This document shows, piece after piece, positions 29,986 through 39,156 of a stretch of 64,000 nt of DNA. Numbering within the stretch: position 1 is the first letter of the stretch; every line of letters starts with the position of its first letter. Position numbers and translations under genes: made by a program. This DNA comes from a virus (Duplodnaviria; Caudoviricetes): positions 1 through 64,000 of IMG/VR virus record IMGVR_UViG_3300042474_001076; one strand, 5' to 3'. The notes beneath the pieces were generated by a model. The model made no database searches and had not been told where the DNA came from. It saw only the letters and a program-made list of their open reading frames with translations.

Positions 29986-31047
29986 ATGGGATTTCCAAAA
30001 CAAATAAAAAAGACAATTCCTCTTATTAATAAAAAAATCTTGACACCAAGAAGACATGAGATTGCGGAGATGATTTCAGAGGATGGAACCTACCTTCCAA
30101 AATCTTTGTTACATGCAGATTTAGATCGTGGATTTTTAGATTTTGTTAGAGATGAATTAAGATGTGTTGTTGATGGAAAAGTTATTCCCGCAATTGATAT
30201 TTTAATTACAACACAAAATTGGTCTCAGTTTGTTGAAACTTGGGATTTCCAAAATATTGATAAAAACGCAGAACCCCCCTTTATAACAACAATTAGAACC
30301 CCTGAAGTTAAGTTTGGTACAAATCCGGCATTAAGGTACAATATACCAAATAGGAAACAATATTATTATGCTAAGGTTCCAACATGGGATGGACAAAGAC
30401 ATGGTATGGACATTTATAAAATACCACAACCTGTTCCTGTTGATATAACATATACAGTAGTTATACTATGTAACAGAATGAGAGAATTGAATAAATTAAA
30501 TCAAATTATTCTTGAAAAATTTTCTTCTCGTCAAGCGTATCAAGTAATTAAAGGTCATTATATTCCAATTGTTATGAACGATATTACTGATGAATCAACA
30601 TTAGATTTAGAAAAAAGAAAGGTTTATATCCAAAAATACACATTTACTTTATTGGGATTTCTTATTGATGAAGATCAATTTGAAATATCTCCAGCAATTA
30701 CAAGAGTTTTTCAAATATATGAAACCGATGTAAAAATAAAAAAGAAAAAACAAAAAAAGGAAACCCCTAATCCACCATCAGTAAAAAGATATGATTTTGC
30801 CACAGGTATTACATCAAACGAAGTCACTGAAGTTTTTGATTACACTGTTAATTTAAAATTTGTTGATAGTGATAACGTATCAAACGGAACTCCTCCGTCA
30901 GGATATGACGTTTATATAAATGGTCTTTATTATGGTAATGATGTAAGAGAGATACAAATTAATACTGGAGATACACTAAAAATAATTATTTATAAACAAT
31001 TCCCAAATGATACATCGTTTTTAATTTTTAATCAGGAATTACTATAA
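29986..31047 (+). CDS. Putative tail terminator/sheath stabilizer (gp15-like)
   Basis: PQPVPVDITY...N..I-type motif and position just upstream of the sheath gene. Confidence 0.55.
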   Translation: MGFPKQIKKTIPLINKKILTPRRHEIAEMISEDGTYLPKSLLHADLDRGFLDFVRDELRCVVDGKVIPAIDILITTQNWSQFVETWDFQNIDKNAEPPFITTIRTPEVKFGTNPALRYNIPNRKQYYYAKVPTWDGQRHGMDIYKIPQPVPVDITYTVVILCNRMRELNKLNQIILEKFSSRQAYQVIKGHYIPIVMNDITDESTLDLEKRKVYIQKYTFTLLGFLIDEDQFEISPAITRVFQIYETDVKIKKKKQKKETPNPPSVKRYDFATGITSNEVTEVFDYTVNLKFVDSDNVSNGTPPSGYDVYINGLYYGNDVREIQINTGDTLKIIIYKQFPNDTSFLIFNQELL

Positions 31048-31212
31048 TTAGTCTTCACCGTATACATCTTTTTTTTCTTTACATTTTTCCATAATTAAAT
31101 TTTCTAAAAATCGATACATTTTTATTCCTCGTTTATCACAATATTTTTTTAACACATTGTGGACCTCGGGGGAAATCTTTAAATTTTTTATCTTCTTAGT
31201 GTCATTATCCAT
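31048..31212 (-). CDS. Small ribbon-helix-helix-like DNA-binding protein (not in ORF track)
   Basis: My translation is MDNDTKKIKNLKISPEVHNVLKKYCDKRGIKMYRFLENLIMEKCKEKKDVYGED* (54 aa), a beta-strand plus two-helix RHH pattern. Confidence 0.7.
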   Translation of the reverse strand: MDNDTKKIKNLKISPEVHNVLKKYCDKRGIKMYRFLENLIMEKCKEKKDVYGED

Positions 31213-31234
31213 AGGTAGAATAAAGGTAGAATAA
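31213..31234. repeat. Tandem direct repeat AGGTAGAATAA x2, possible operator
   Basis: Perfect 11-bp tandem immediately upstream of the RHH start codon. Confidence 0.6.
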
Positions 31235-31330
31235 AATCATACCAATTATAAATAGTTTCAAAGAAGTAAAGTTTTTGCGAAAAAAACTAATATTTATATA
31301 GAAAATAAAATAACTAAATAAAAAAAGACA

Positions 31331-34300
31331 ATGGCAAACAGTAAAGTATTTGTATCGCCGGGAGTATACACTTCTGAAGTAGATTTAAGTTTCGTAGCAC
31401 AAAGTGTTGGTGTTACAACCTTAGGTATTGCGGGAGAAACATTAAAAGGACCCGCTTTTGAACCAATTTTTGTAAGAAATTACGATGAATTTCAAAACTA
31501 TTTTGGGGGTACTTCACCCGAAAAATTTATTAACACACAAATCCCTAAATATGAGGCGGCATACATTGCGAAATCATATTTACAACAATCTAATCAATTA
31601 TTTGTAACAAGAATTTTAGGTCTTTCAGGTTATGATGCTGGACCATCTTGGTCAATCTTAACTGAAGCAAATGTTAATTGTTCAACAATTGATGTTAATT
31701 GTTTTAGTTCAGTGACCGTAAATTGTGAACAACAATGTGTTATTCCTTTGGAGTTACCATATTCTGTTGATTTTACGGGATGTACGGATTCAACTTCTAG
31801 TATTGAATATATGACACACTTCCCTCAGGAAATATTGGATTTATTGGATGTGAGTTATGAAACTCCACAAGGAGGAACATCAACTTTGGATAGTAATATA
31901 AAAGAATTAATTTTTAATGTAATAACAAATTCAAACCCATTAATTGCGGAAGACCAATATATTAGTTATTTTGGTAGTGTTGATGATAATGATTATAATG
32001 CGTTAACGGTTAATGGATCATACACCGCAACAACAAACGTTTATGGTGTACCGTCAATACCTTTTAGTGGAAATAATTTATGTGATGGAGCAAACACATC
32101 GTGGTATTATTCATTATTTGATAATGTTGGTGGCGGAAGTTATACAGGATTCTCATTTTGGTCAATTGTTACTGGTGTAACTAATATTACTCCAATTACA
32201 ACAACCACAACCGCACCAACAACAACATCAACAACAACCGACCCTTGTGTTATTCCTGTTCCAACAACAACAACAACAACAACAAGTCCTATTCCTGTTG
32301 AGTGTTTTTCAGGATCAGTAATGGGCGTAATTTATTATTATACAGGAACATCATATACAGAATATGATGATATGGTTGTGGCAACATTTAGATCAAGAGG
32401 TATATCAACATATTCAAATGGTAATAACCCAATTTATGAAGTATCTAATTTGGCAGACGTAGTTTTAGATATGACAGGACAATATTCTGGTGTATTACAA
32501 AACCCATATCTACCATTTGGTGTTAATGTTACTAATAAAGATGGTGTTAATTTTAACTTTGAAACGTCTTTTGCAACAAGTGACTCACAATATATAACAA
32601 AAGTTTTTGGTACGGATAATTTTGGTAAACCAAGAACAGTGGTTCCTTTATTTGTTGAAGAAAGGTTTCAGGCTTTATTAAACTATGGTTGGAGAAAAGG
32701 ATTTATTAGAGGATTAAATCCAACATTAGTAGATTTAAATTCTGCACAAAGTAATGCTTCGGATTCTATTGGTTGGTATTTAGATAAATACCAAACACCA
32801 AGTTCTCCTTGGGTAGTATCTGAACTTAGGGGTACAAAAGTTTATAACCTATTTAAATTTTACACAATTTCAGATGGTGATTCAGCTAATTATGAAATAA
32901 AAATATCAATTGGTAATATTTCGTTTTCAAATCAAACATTTGATGTGTTTATTCGTGATTATTATGATACGGATTCAAATCCAGTTGTGATTGAGAAATT
33001 TACTAACTGTAGTATGGATCCAAGTCAAAATAATTTTATTGCAAAAAAGACAGGTTCATTAGATGGTGAATACCAACTTAATTCTAAATATGTTATGGTA
33101 GAAATGAATGAAGATGCTCCTGTTGATGCACTTCCTTGTGGTTTTGATGGGTTTAATTTTAGAACTTATGGTACCGCAACATCACCATTTCCTGTTTATA
33201 AAACAAAATACGATTTTCCTGGAGAAGTTATCTTTAATCCTCCATTTGGAACACCAATTCAAAGTGGTGGAGATAATGTTAGAAGAACCTATTTAGGTAT
33301 TTCTAATAATAATAGTTGGGATGGTAATTATTTTGAATATATTGGTAAACGAAATACAATCTCAACTTGTGATATTGAAAGTGTTGATTGGAATTATAAA
33401 TCAAAAGGTTTCCACATGGATAAGGATGCTTCAGGAATAACTATTTCAGATGCCTTTACAACATCAGGAACATCTAAATTTAATGTAGGGTCGGCAAATT
33501 TCTCATCTGAACCTAATAACCCAACAAGTCCTTATTATAGAATTTATTCAAGAAAATTCACTTTATTAGTACAAGGAGGTTACGATGGTTGGGATATATA
33601 TCGTGAACATAGAACTAACAGTGATAGATATGTTTTAGGAAGAACTGGTTATTTAAATGGAGCGTGTCCTGATAACAGATATCCAAATGCAGTTGGTTGG
33701 GGAGCATTCAAACAAATTGCTGTTGGTGATGGTACTCAAGATTTTGCAAATACTGACTACTATGCTTATTTATTAGGAATTCAAACATTCTCTAATCCTG
33801 AAGCGGTTAACATTAATGTGTTTGTTTCACCGGGTATTGATTATGTTAATAATAGTGACTTAGTTGAATCAACAATAGACATGATTGAAAATGAAAGAGC
33901 GGACTCACTTTATATTACAACAACTCCCGATTATAATATGTTTTTACCAACAACTACAGGTAATGATGGTATTATTTATCCTCAAGAAGCGGTAGATAAT
34001 TTAGAAACAACAGGAATTGATTCTAACTATACCGCAACTTATTATCCTTGGGTGTTAACTCGTGATAGTGTAAACAATACACAAATATATATACCGGCAA
34101 CTGCTGAGGTAACTAGAAATTTAGCCTTAACAGATAATATTGCGTTCCCTTGGTTTGCAGCGGCAGGTTACACAAGAGGTATTGTAAACTCAATTAAAGC
34201 ACGTAAAAAATTAACTCAAGAAGATAGAGACACTCTTTACCAAGGAAGAATTAATCCAATTGCAACCTTCTCTGATGTAGGAACCGTAATTTGGGGTAAT

Positions 34301-34642
34301 AAAACTTTACAAGTAAGAGAGTCAGCTCTTGATAGAATTAACGTGAGAAGATTGTTATTACAAGCTCGTAAATTAATCTCAGCAGTATCTGTAAGATTAT
34401 TGTTTGATCAAAATGACGAACAAGTTAGACAAGACTTTTTAAACTCCGTAAATCCAATATTAGATGCTATTAGAAGAGATAGAGGTTTATATGATTTCCG
34501 AGTTACAGTTTCTTCTGACACAGCAGACTTAGATAGAAATCAAATGACAGGTAAAATTTATATTAAACCAACAAGATCCTTAGAATTTATAGATATTACA
34601 TTCTATATAACACCAACTGGAGCATCATTTGAAGATATTTAA
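31331..34642 (+). CDS. Contractile tail sheath protein
   Basis: VSPGVYTSEVD, YYPW, PWFAAAGYTRG, INPI, WGNKTL and RINVRRLLL. TATTTAT lies at 31291-31297. Confidence 0.95.
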   Translation: MANSKVFVSPGVYTSEVDLSFVAQSVGVTTLGIAGETLKGPAFEPIFVRNYDEFQNYFGGTSPEKFINTQIPKYEAAYIAKSYLQQSNQLFVTRILGLSGYDAGPSWSILTEANVNCSTIDVNCFSSVTVNCEQQCVIPLELPYSVDFTGCTDSTSSIEYMTHFPQEILDLLDVSYETPQGGTSTLDSNIKELIFNVITNSNPLIAEDQYISYFGSVDDNDYNALTVNGSYTATTNVYGVPSIPFSGNNLCDGANTSWYYSLFDNVGGGSYTGFSFWSIVTGVTNITPITTTTTAPTTTSTTTDPCVIPVPTTTTTTTSPIPVECFSGSVMGVIYYYTGTSYTEYDDMVVATFRSRGISTYSNGNNPIYEVSNLADVVLDMTGQYSGVLQNPYLPFGVNVTNKDGVNFNFETSFATSDSQYITKVFGTDNFGKPRTVVPLFVEERFQALLNYGWRKGFIRGLNPTLVDLNSAQSNASDSIGWYLDKYQTPSSPWVVSELRGTKVYNLFKFYTISDGDSANYEIKISIGNISFSNQTFDVFIRDYYDTDSNPVVIEKFTNCSMDPSQNNFIAKKTGSLDGEYQLNSKYVMVEMNEDAPVDALPCGFDGFNFRTYGTATSPFPVYKTKYDFPGEVIFNPPFGTPIQSGGDNVRRTYLGISNNNSWDGNYFEYIGKRNTISTCDIESVDWNYKSKGFHMDKDASGITISDAFTTSGTSKFNVGSANFSSEPNNPTSPYYRIYSRKFTLLVQGGYDGWDIYREHRTNSDRYVLGRTGYLNGACPDNRYPNAVGWGAFKQIAVGDGTQDFANTDYYAYLLGIQTFSNPEAVNINVFVSPGIDYVNNSDLVESTIDMIENERADSLYITTTPDYNMFLPTTTGNDGIIYPQEAVDNLETTGIDSNYTATYYPWVLTRDSVNNTQIYIPATAEVTRNLALTDNIAFPWFAAAGYTRGIVNSIKARKKLTQEDRDTLYQGRINPIATFSDVGTVIWGNKTLQVRESALDRINVRRLLLQARKLISAVSVRLLFDQNDEQVRQDFLNSVNPILDAIRRDRGLYDFRVTVSSDTADLDRNQMTGKIYIKPTRSLEFIDITFYITPTGASFEDI

Positions 34643-34662
34643 TTATTAAAATGTAAAAAAAT

Positions 34663-34693
34663 AAAAAAAAGGAGGCTAGTTCTCCTTTTTTTT
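34663..34693 (+). terminator. Intrinsic (possibly bidirectional) terminator
   Basis: A8-GGAG-gctagtt-CTCC-T8. Confidence 0.75.
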
Positions 34694-34729
34694 ATTACCT
34701 TTGTGTTTATAAATATAAAAATAAACACA

Positions 34730-35530
34730 ATGAAAATTAAACCTATTGATTTAATTCCGGCAGTAAAATATTATTCATTTGATTGGGATGATAATTTAAT
34801 GTATATGCCAACAAAAATTTATCTTTTGAATGATAAAGGTAATAAAGTAGGTATGACCACAAAAGATTTTGCAGAATTTAGAGATATGGTCGGTAAAAAA
34901 TTATTTAAATATAATGGACATACCATTGTTGGACCAGCAAAAGATGCTTATATCGAGTTCGGTGTTACTTATGACGATCAATTTTTAATTGATGTTATGG
35001 TCTCACCAACAGGACCAGTATGGGATGATTTTGTTGAAGCAATTAATAATGGATCCATTTTTTCTATAATTACTGCAAGAGGTCACACACCATCAGCAAT
35101 TAAACAAGGTATATATAAACTAATTAAATCAAACAAAAATGGTATTGATTCAAATAAGTTGGTTAAAAATTTATTAAAATATAAAGATTTGGCGGATGAG
35201 GATATCTTAACTAAAGATAAACTTATAAAATCATATTTAGATTTGTGTCGTTTTCACGCAGTTTCTTTTGGTATGAGTTCTGAAACAAATCCAGAGCCAG
35301 GAAAAATTAAAGCTATGGAAGAATTTATTAAATATGTTAAAGAAATTTCTATTCAGTTACAGAAAAAGGCTTTAATAAAAAATAAAATAAATAATTATAT
35401 TAAGCCATTTATTGGTTTTTCAGATGATGATGTAAAAAATGTATCTAGTATGAAAGATTATTTTAAAGATAAAGAAGATAATATACTACAAACTTACTTA
35501 ACATCAAGAGGAATAAAAACAAAATATTAA
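34730..35530 (+). CDS. HAD-superfamily phosphatase-like protein
   Basis: FDWDDN (motif I), ITARGH (II), K (III) and GFSDDD (IV). Likely start is the ATG at 34730. Confidence 0.7.
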   Translation: MKIKPIDLIPAVKYYSFDWDDNLMYMPTKIYLLNDKGNKVGMTTKDFAEFRDMVGKKLFKYNGHTIVGPAKDAYIEFGVTYDDQFLIDVMVSPTGPVWDDFVEAINNGSIFSIITARGHTPSAIKQGIYKLIKSNKNGIDSNKLVKNLLKYKDLADEDILTKDKLIKSYLDLCRFHAVSFGMSSETNPEPGKIKAMEEFIKYVKEISIQLQKKALIKNKINNYIKPFIGFSDDDVKNVSSMKDYFKDKEDNILQTYLTSRGIKTKY

Positions 35531-35644
35531 TAATAAATGCTAGTACTAGTATATTTTATTTAAAAAAAAATAAAAGTAAATAGAAAAATTTTATTTATCG
35601 TATATTTATAATGAAAATAAACATAAAATTAAAAATTAAAAATT

Positions 35645-36133
35645 ATGGCTGATTTGTTAATGAAAATGCCAGTTCCGTACGAACCCAAAAGGCAGAACAG
35701 GTTTATTATAAGGTTTCCTTCAGATTTGGGTATCAACGAGTGGTTTGTGGAAAGTGCTTCAAGGCCATCAATAAAAATCGGTTCAACCGAAATACAATTC
35801 TTAAATACATCAACATTTGTTGCTGGTAGATTTAATTGGGATCCAATCACAGTTAAATTCCGTGACCCAATTGGACCATCTGCAGCACAAGCTTTAATGG
35901 AATGGGTTCGTTTATGTGCTGAGTCCGTTACAGGTCGTATGGGTTATGCTGCAGGATACAAAAAAAATGTTGATCTTGAAATGTTAGATCCAACAGGAGT
36001 TGTTGTAGAAAAATGGATATTAGAAGGCACATTTTTAACTGATGTTAATTTTGGAACATTATCATATTCTCAAGATGCTTTGGCGGACATTAGTGGAACA
36101 CTTCGTATGGACCGTTGTATATTAGTTTATTAA
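35645..36133 (+). CDS. Tail tube protein (gp19-like)
   Basis: YEPKRQNRF, W..I.V.F.DPI.PS.AQA.MEW and GYKK...LDP.G.VVE.W.L.G.F. TATTTAT lies at 35603-35609. Confidence 0.9.
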   Translation: MADLLMKMPVPYEPKRQNRFIIRFPSDLGINEWFVESASRPSIKIGSTEIQFLNTSTFVAGRFNWDPITVKFRDPIGPSAAQALMEWVRLCAESVTGRMGYAAGYKKNVDLEMLDPTGVVVEKWILEGTFLTDVNFGTLSYSQDALADISGTLRMDRCILVY

Positions 36134-36181
36134 TTTCTTTTAAATAAAACTAAAATATATCTATTCATAGATACGATATTT

Positions 36182-36218
36182 AATTCCCATATATTAATAT
36201 GTATGGGAATTTTTTTTT
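36182..36218 (+). terminator. Intrinsic terminator after tail tube
   Basis: AATTCCCATATAT-taat-ATGTATGGGAATT followed by a T-run. Confidence 0.75.
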
Positions 36219-36320
36219 ATTAAAATAACAAAATATATTAATTATTAAGATTTTAACTAAAAAAAAGAAATATATTTACAAAAAATATAAGTAAAGTATC
36301 TTTATAATAAAAAAACAATT

Positions 36321-37085
36321 ATGGAAAACGATTCAAAACAGTATGGTCAAATGGATTTTAATTTACCTCACGATGTTGTGTCTTTACCTTCGGGTGGTAA
36401 ATATTATAAATCTAAAAAGAAAAGTGTTAAAATTGGTTATTTAACTGCTGCCGACGAAAACACTCTTTTAAGTATGAACCCAAATAAAACAATTAAGGAA
36501 TCAATTGTATTACCGTTATTAAGAAATAAATTATACGAAACGGATATTAGACCTGAAGATCTTTTAGATGCGGACATTGAGGCATTATTAATATTTTTAA
36601 GAAATACATCTTTTGGTCCTGAATATGTTATAAGTGTTACTGATCCACAAACAAATAATGAATTTAATGCAACAATATTACTTGATGAATTAAATATTAA
36701 AAAAATTAATATTGAACCTGATGATGATGGGTATTTAAAAACAACATTACCAAGAACAAAATCTAATGTTAAGTTAAAATTTTTAACTATGAGAGATTCT
36801 GTTGATATTGAAAAAACTTTAAGTGGATATCCATCAGGAATAATACCACCTATTGCAACTCTTAGATTAAGTAATATGATTGTTGATATTGATGGTAATA
36901 CTAATAAGGGAGATATTGTTAAGTTTATTGATAATATGCCAATAATGGATTCAAAACATATTAAAAACTTTATGTTAGAAAACGAACCAAGATTAGATTT
37001 AATAAAAGAAGTTATCGCCCCGTCAGGAGAAAGAGTAATGGTGAACATTGCTTTTGGGGTGGAATTTTTTCGGCCTTTCTTCTGA
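36321..37085 (+). CDS. Tail assembly chaperone / baseplate hub assembly protein (gp26-like)
   Basis: V.LPS.G..Y...LTAADE..L and D.EALLIFLR..SFG, ending FFRPFF. It lies between the tube and tape measure genes. Confidence 0.75.
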   Translation: MENDSKQYGQMDFNLPHDVVSLPSGGKYYKSKKKSVKIGYLTAADENTLLSMNPNKTIKESIVLPLLRNKLYETDIRPEDLLDADIEALLIFLRNTSFGPEYVISVTDPQTNNEFNATILLDELNIKKINIEPDDDGYLKTTLPRTKSNVKLKFLTMRDSVDIEKTLSGYPSGIIPPIATLRLSNMIVDIDGNTNKGDIVKFIDNMPIMDSKHIKNFMLENEPRLDLIKEVIAPSGERVMVNIAFGVEFFRPFF

Positions 37086-37227
37086 TTACTCAAAATTTAT
37101 ATTAGACGAATTTTATTTATTGGCAAAGATGTTAAGAACATCTTATTCCGAGTATTTAAAAATGCCAACATATGTGAGAAGATATCTTATTGATAAAATT
37201 ATTGAGGAGCACAAAAAAAATAAATAA
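37069..37227 (+). CDS. +1-frame extension of the tail chaperone (gp51-like / GT-type product)
   Basis: The open frame FGLSSDYSKFILDEFYLLAK...MPTYVRRYLIDKIIEEHKKNK* overlaps the upstream stop and has no start codon at its 5' end. Confidence 0.65.
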   Translation, partial: FGLSSDYSKFILDEFYLLAKMLRTSYSEYLKMPTYVRRYLIDKIIEEHKKNK

Positions 37228-37258
37228 TCTATATTTATTATAAAAATAGTTTTATTAT

Positions 37259-39130
37259 ATGGGACCGCCAAAAGGAAAAGTTGAGATAAAAGATCCAGAT
37301 GTTGTTGTTGATACTAAATTATCAGATGATTTATTAAATATAAAAACTATATTGGATGCGACTTTAGAAACTGTTCAAAGTCCTACAACTTTATTTTCCA
37401 ATTTAGCTGTAATAACTAAAGAGGTTTTAGGAACTATAGGTCCTTTGGGATGGTTAGAAGCATTACAAAATTTAGATACAGAAGCAACTAAATTAGTTAG
37501 AACTTTTGGAATCAGTAAAGATAGAGCTGGAGAATTAACCCAAACCATTGCCGATGCAATACCCCAATTTGTTGGTATTGGTCTTGATGTTGGTGATGTT
37601 GCGGAAACTTTAAAAGGTTTGGGAGAAACCATGAAGGTTAATATTATGTTAAACGCTGAGTCTTTAACTAGTTTTGCGGCAACCGCAGAAGTAACTAAAG
37701 TAAAACAAAGCGAATTAGCTGAAAAATTTAGGGATGTCGGTGTTAGTATTGCAAGTATTGAACCTAAAATGTTGGATGTTGTTAAAATTGCAAGACAAGC
37801 AGGAGTAACAGTTCAAGCTGTTTCTGCCGGTGTTGTTACTAATTTAGATAAAATGAACCTTTATAATTTTGAGGGTGGGATTAAAGGATTAGCAAAAATG
37901 GCAGCACAAGCTTCAAGATTGGGGGTTGAGATGTCAGCAATATTTACTGTTGTAGATAAAGTATTTAATCCTGAAGGGGCAATTGAATTTGCTGCATCAC
38001 TACAAAGATTAGGTGTAACATCAAGTCAATTACTTGATCCATTAAGATTGATGGATTTAGCTCAAAATGACCCAACAGAACTTCAAAACCAAATTGTAAA
38101 CATGACAAAAGAGTTTACAAGATTCAATAAGGAGAATAATCAAATAGAAATATTACCTGGAGCTAAAAGACGTATTGACGAAATTGGTAAGGCGATGGGA
38201 TTACCTGCCGGCGAATTACAAAAAATGGCAGTAAATGCGGGGATGTTTGAAATGAAATTAAAACAAATTAAATTCCCAACCGATATTGCAACCAAAGGAG
38301 ATAGAGAACTTATTGCAACAATGGCACAAATTGGTAAGGATGGTATTGCCAGAGTAAGGATAGAAGAAACACGTATAGGTAAAGATGGTAAAGAAGAAGG
38401 AACGGGAGAATATATAGATAAATTAGTTAGTGAATTAAATACTGATGATGTTACAAAATTGGCACAACAACAAAAAAGTAATGACGCATCAATGGAAGAA
38501 ATTGCGAAAGATCAATTAACTTATTTGAAACGAATATCTGCAAATATAAACGAAGTTGTTGCGGCAGCTAAATATGGTCCCGCAAGTTCTAAAACAATGC
38601 AAGATTTATACTCAGGAGCGTTAGGAGGATTTGAAAGATTACTAAATAATAATATACCAGAGGATGCAAGGGAATCCAAAAATTATAGAACATTTACTGA
38701 TATAGCCGCACCATATGTGAAGGATCTAGTGAAAGAATTTTTAGATTCAGATACATTAAAAGAGTTGGGGGCAGAAATTAAAACAAAAATTAATGATGGT
38801 TTTTCATTTGTAAAAGATTTTGTGATTAGTTCAAGCTTTGGTATGGGAGGAAATGATACTCCTTTAATTCAATCATTAAATAACCCAAACTTGAATATTT
38901 CTTATGAACCAATGACAATAACAACTGATAATAAATTCGCCGTTGATTTTAATGTTATTGCTGATGATAAAATTAGTGGTCAGGCAATTCAAGATATTAA
39001 TACTGCTATATCTAATTATTTTAATGGTCCTGATGGAACAAAAAATATGCAAGCTTTACTTAGTAGAATTGATAATATTAGAGCATCAAATGGTCAAAAA
39101 CCAATTTTTAAATCCAAAAAAACCGACTAA
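37259..39130 (+). CDS. Tape measure-like protein
   Basis: Ala/Gln/Lys-rich helical sequence directly after the chaperone. TATTTAT lies at 37232-37238. Confidence 0.7.
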   Translation: MGPPKGKVEIKDPDVVVDTKLSDDLLNIKTILDATLETVQSPTTLFSNLAVITKEVLGTIGPLGWLEALQNLDTEATKLVRTFGISKDRAGELTQTIADAIPQFVGIGLDVGDVAETLKGLGETMKVNIMLNAESLTSFAATAEVTKVKQSELAEKFRDVGVSIASIEPKMLDVVKIARQAGVTVQAVSAGVVTNLDKMNLYNFEGGIKGLAKMAAQASRLGVEMSAIFTVVDKVFNPEGAIEFAASLQRLGVTSSQLLDPLRLMDLAQNDPTELQNQIVNMTKEFTRFNKENNQIEILPGAKRRIDEIGKAMGLPAGELQKMAVNAGMFEMKLKQIKFPTDIATKGDRELIATMAQIGKDGIARVRIEETRIGKDGKEEGTGEYIDKLVSELNTDDVTKLAQQQKSNDASMEEIAKDQLTYLKRISANINEVVAAAKYGPASSKTMQDLYSGALGGFERLLNNNIPEDARESKNYRTFTDIAAPYVKDLVKEFLDSDTLKELGAEIKTKINDGFSFVKDFVISSSFGMGGNDTPLIQSLNNPNLNISYEPMTITTDNKFAVDFNVIADDKISGQAIQDINTAISNYFNGPDGTKNMQALLSRIDNIRASNGQKPIFKSKKTD

Positions 39131-39156
39131 AGGTATTTATAAATAAAGAAAAAAAA

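Noticed and set aside
35540-35549. CTAGTACTAG palindrome upstream of the tail tube gene
   Set aside because: It is a single 10-bp occurrence with no supporting context and could be chance.
26095-37093. Longer antisense ORFs such as 26453-26998 (+) and 36437-37093 (-)
   Set aside because: They lie opposite well-supported genes and have no recognisable motifs.
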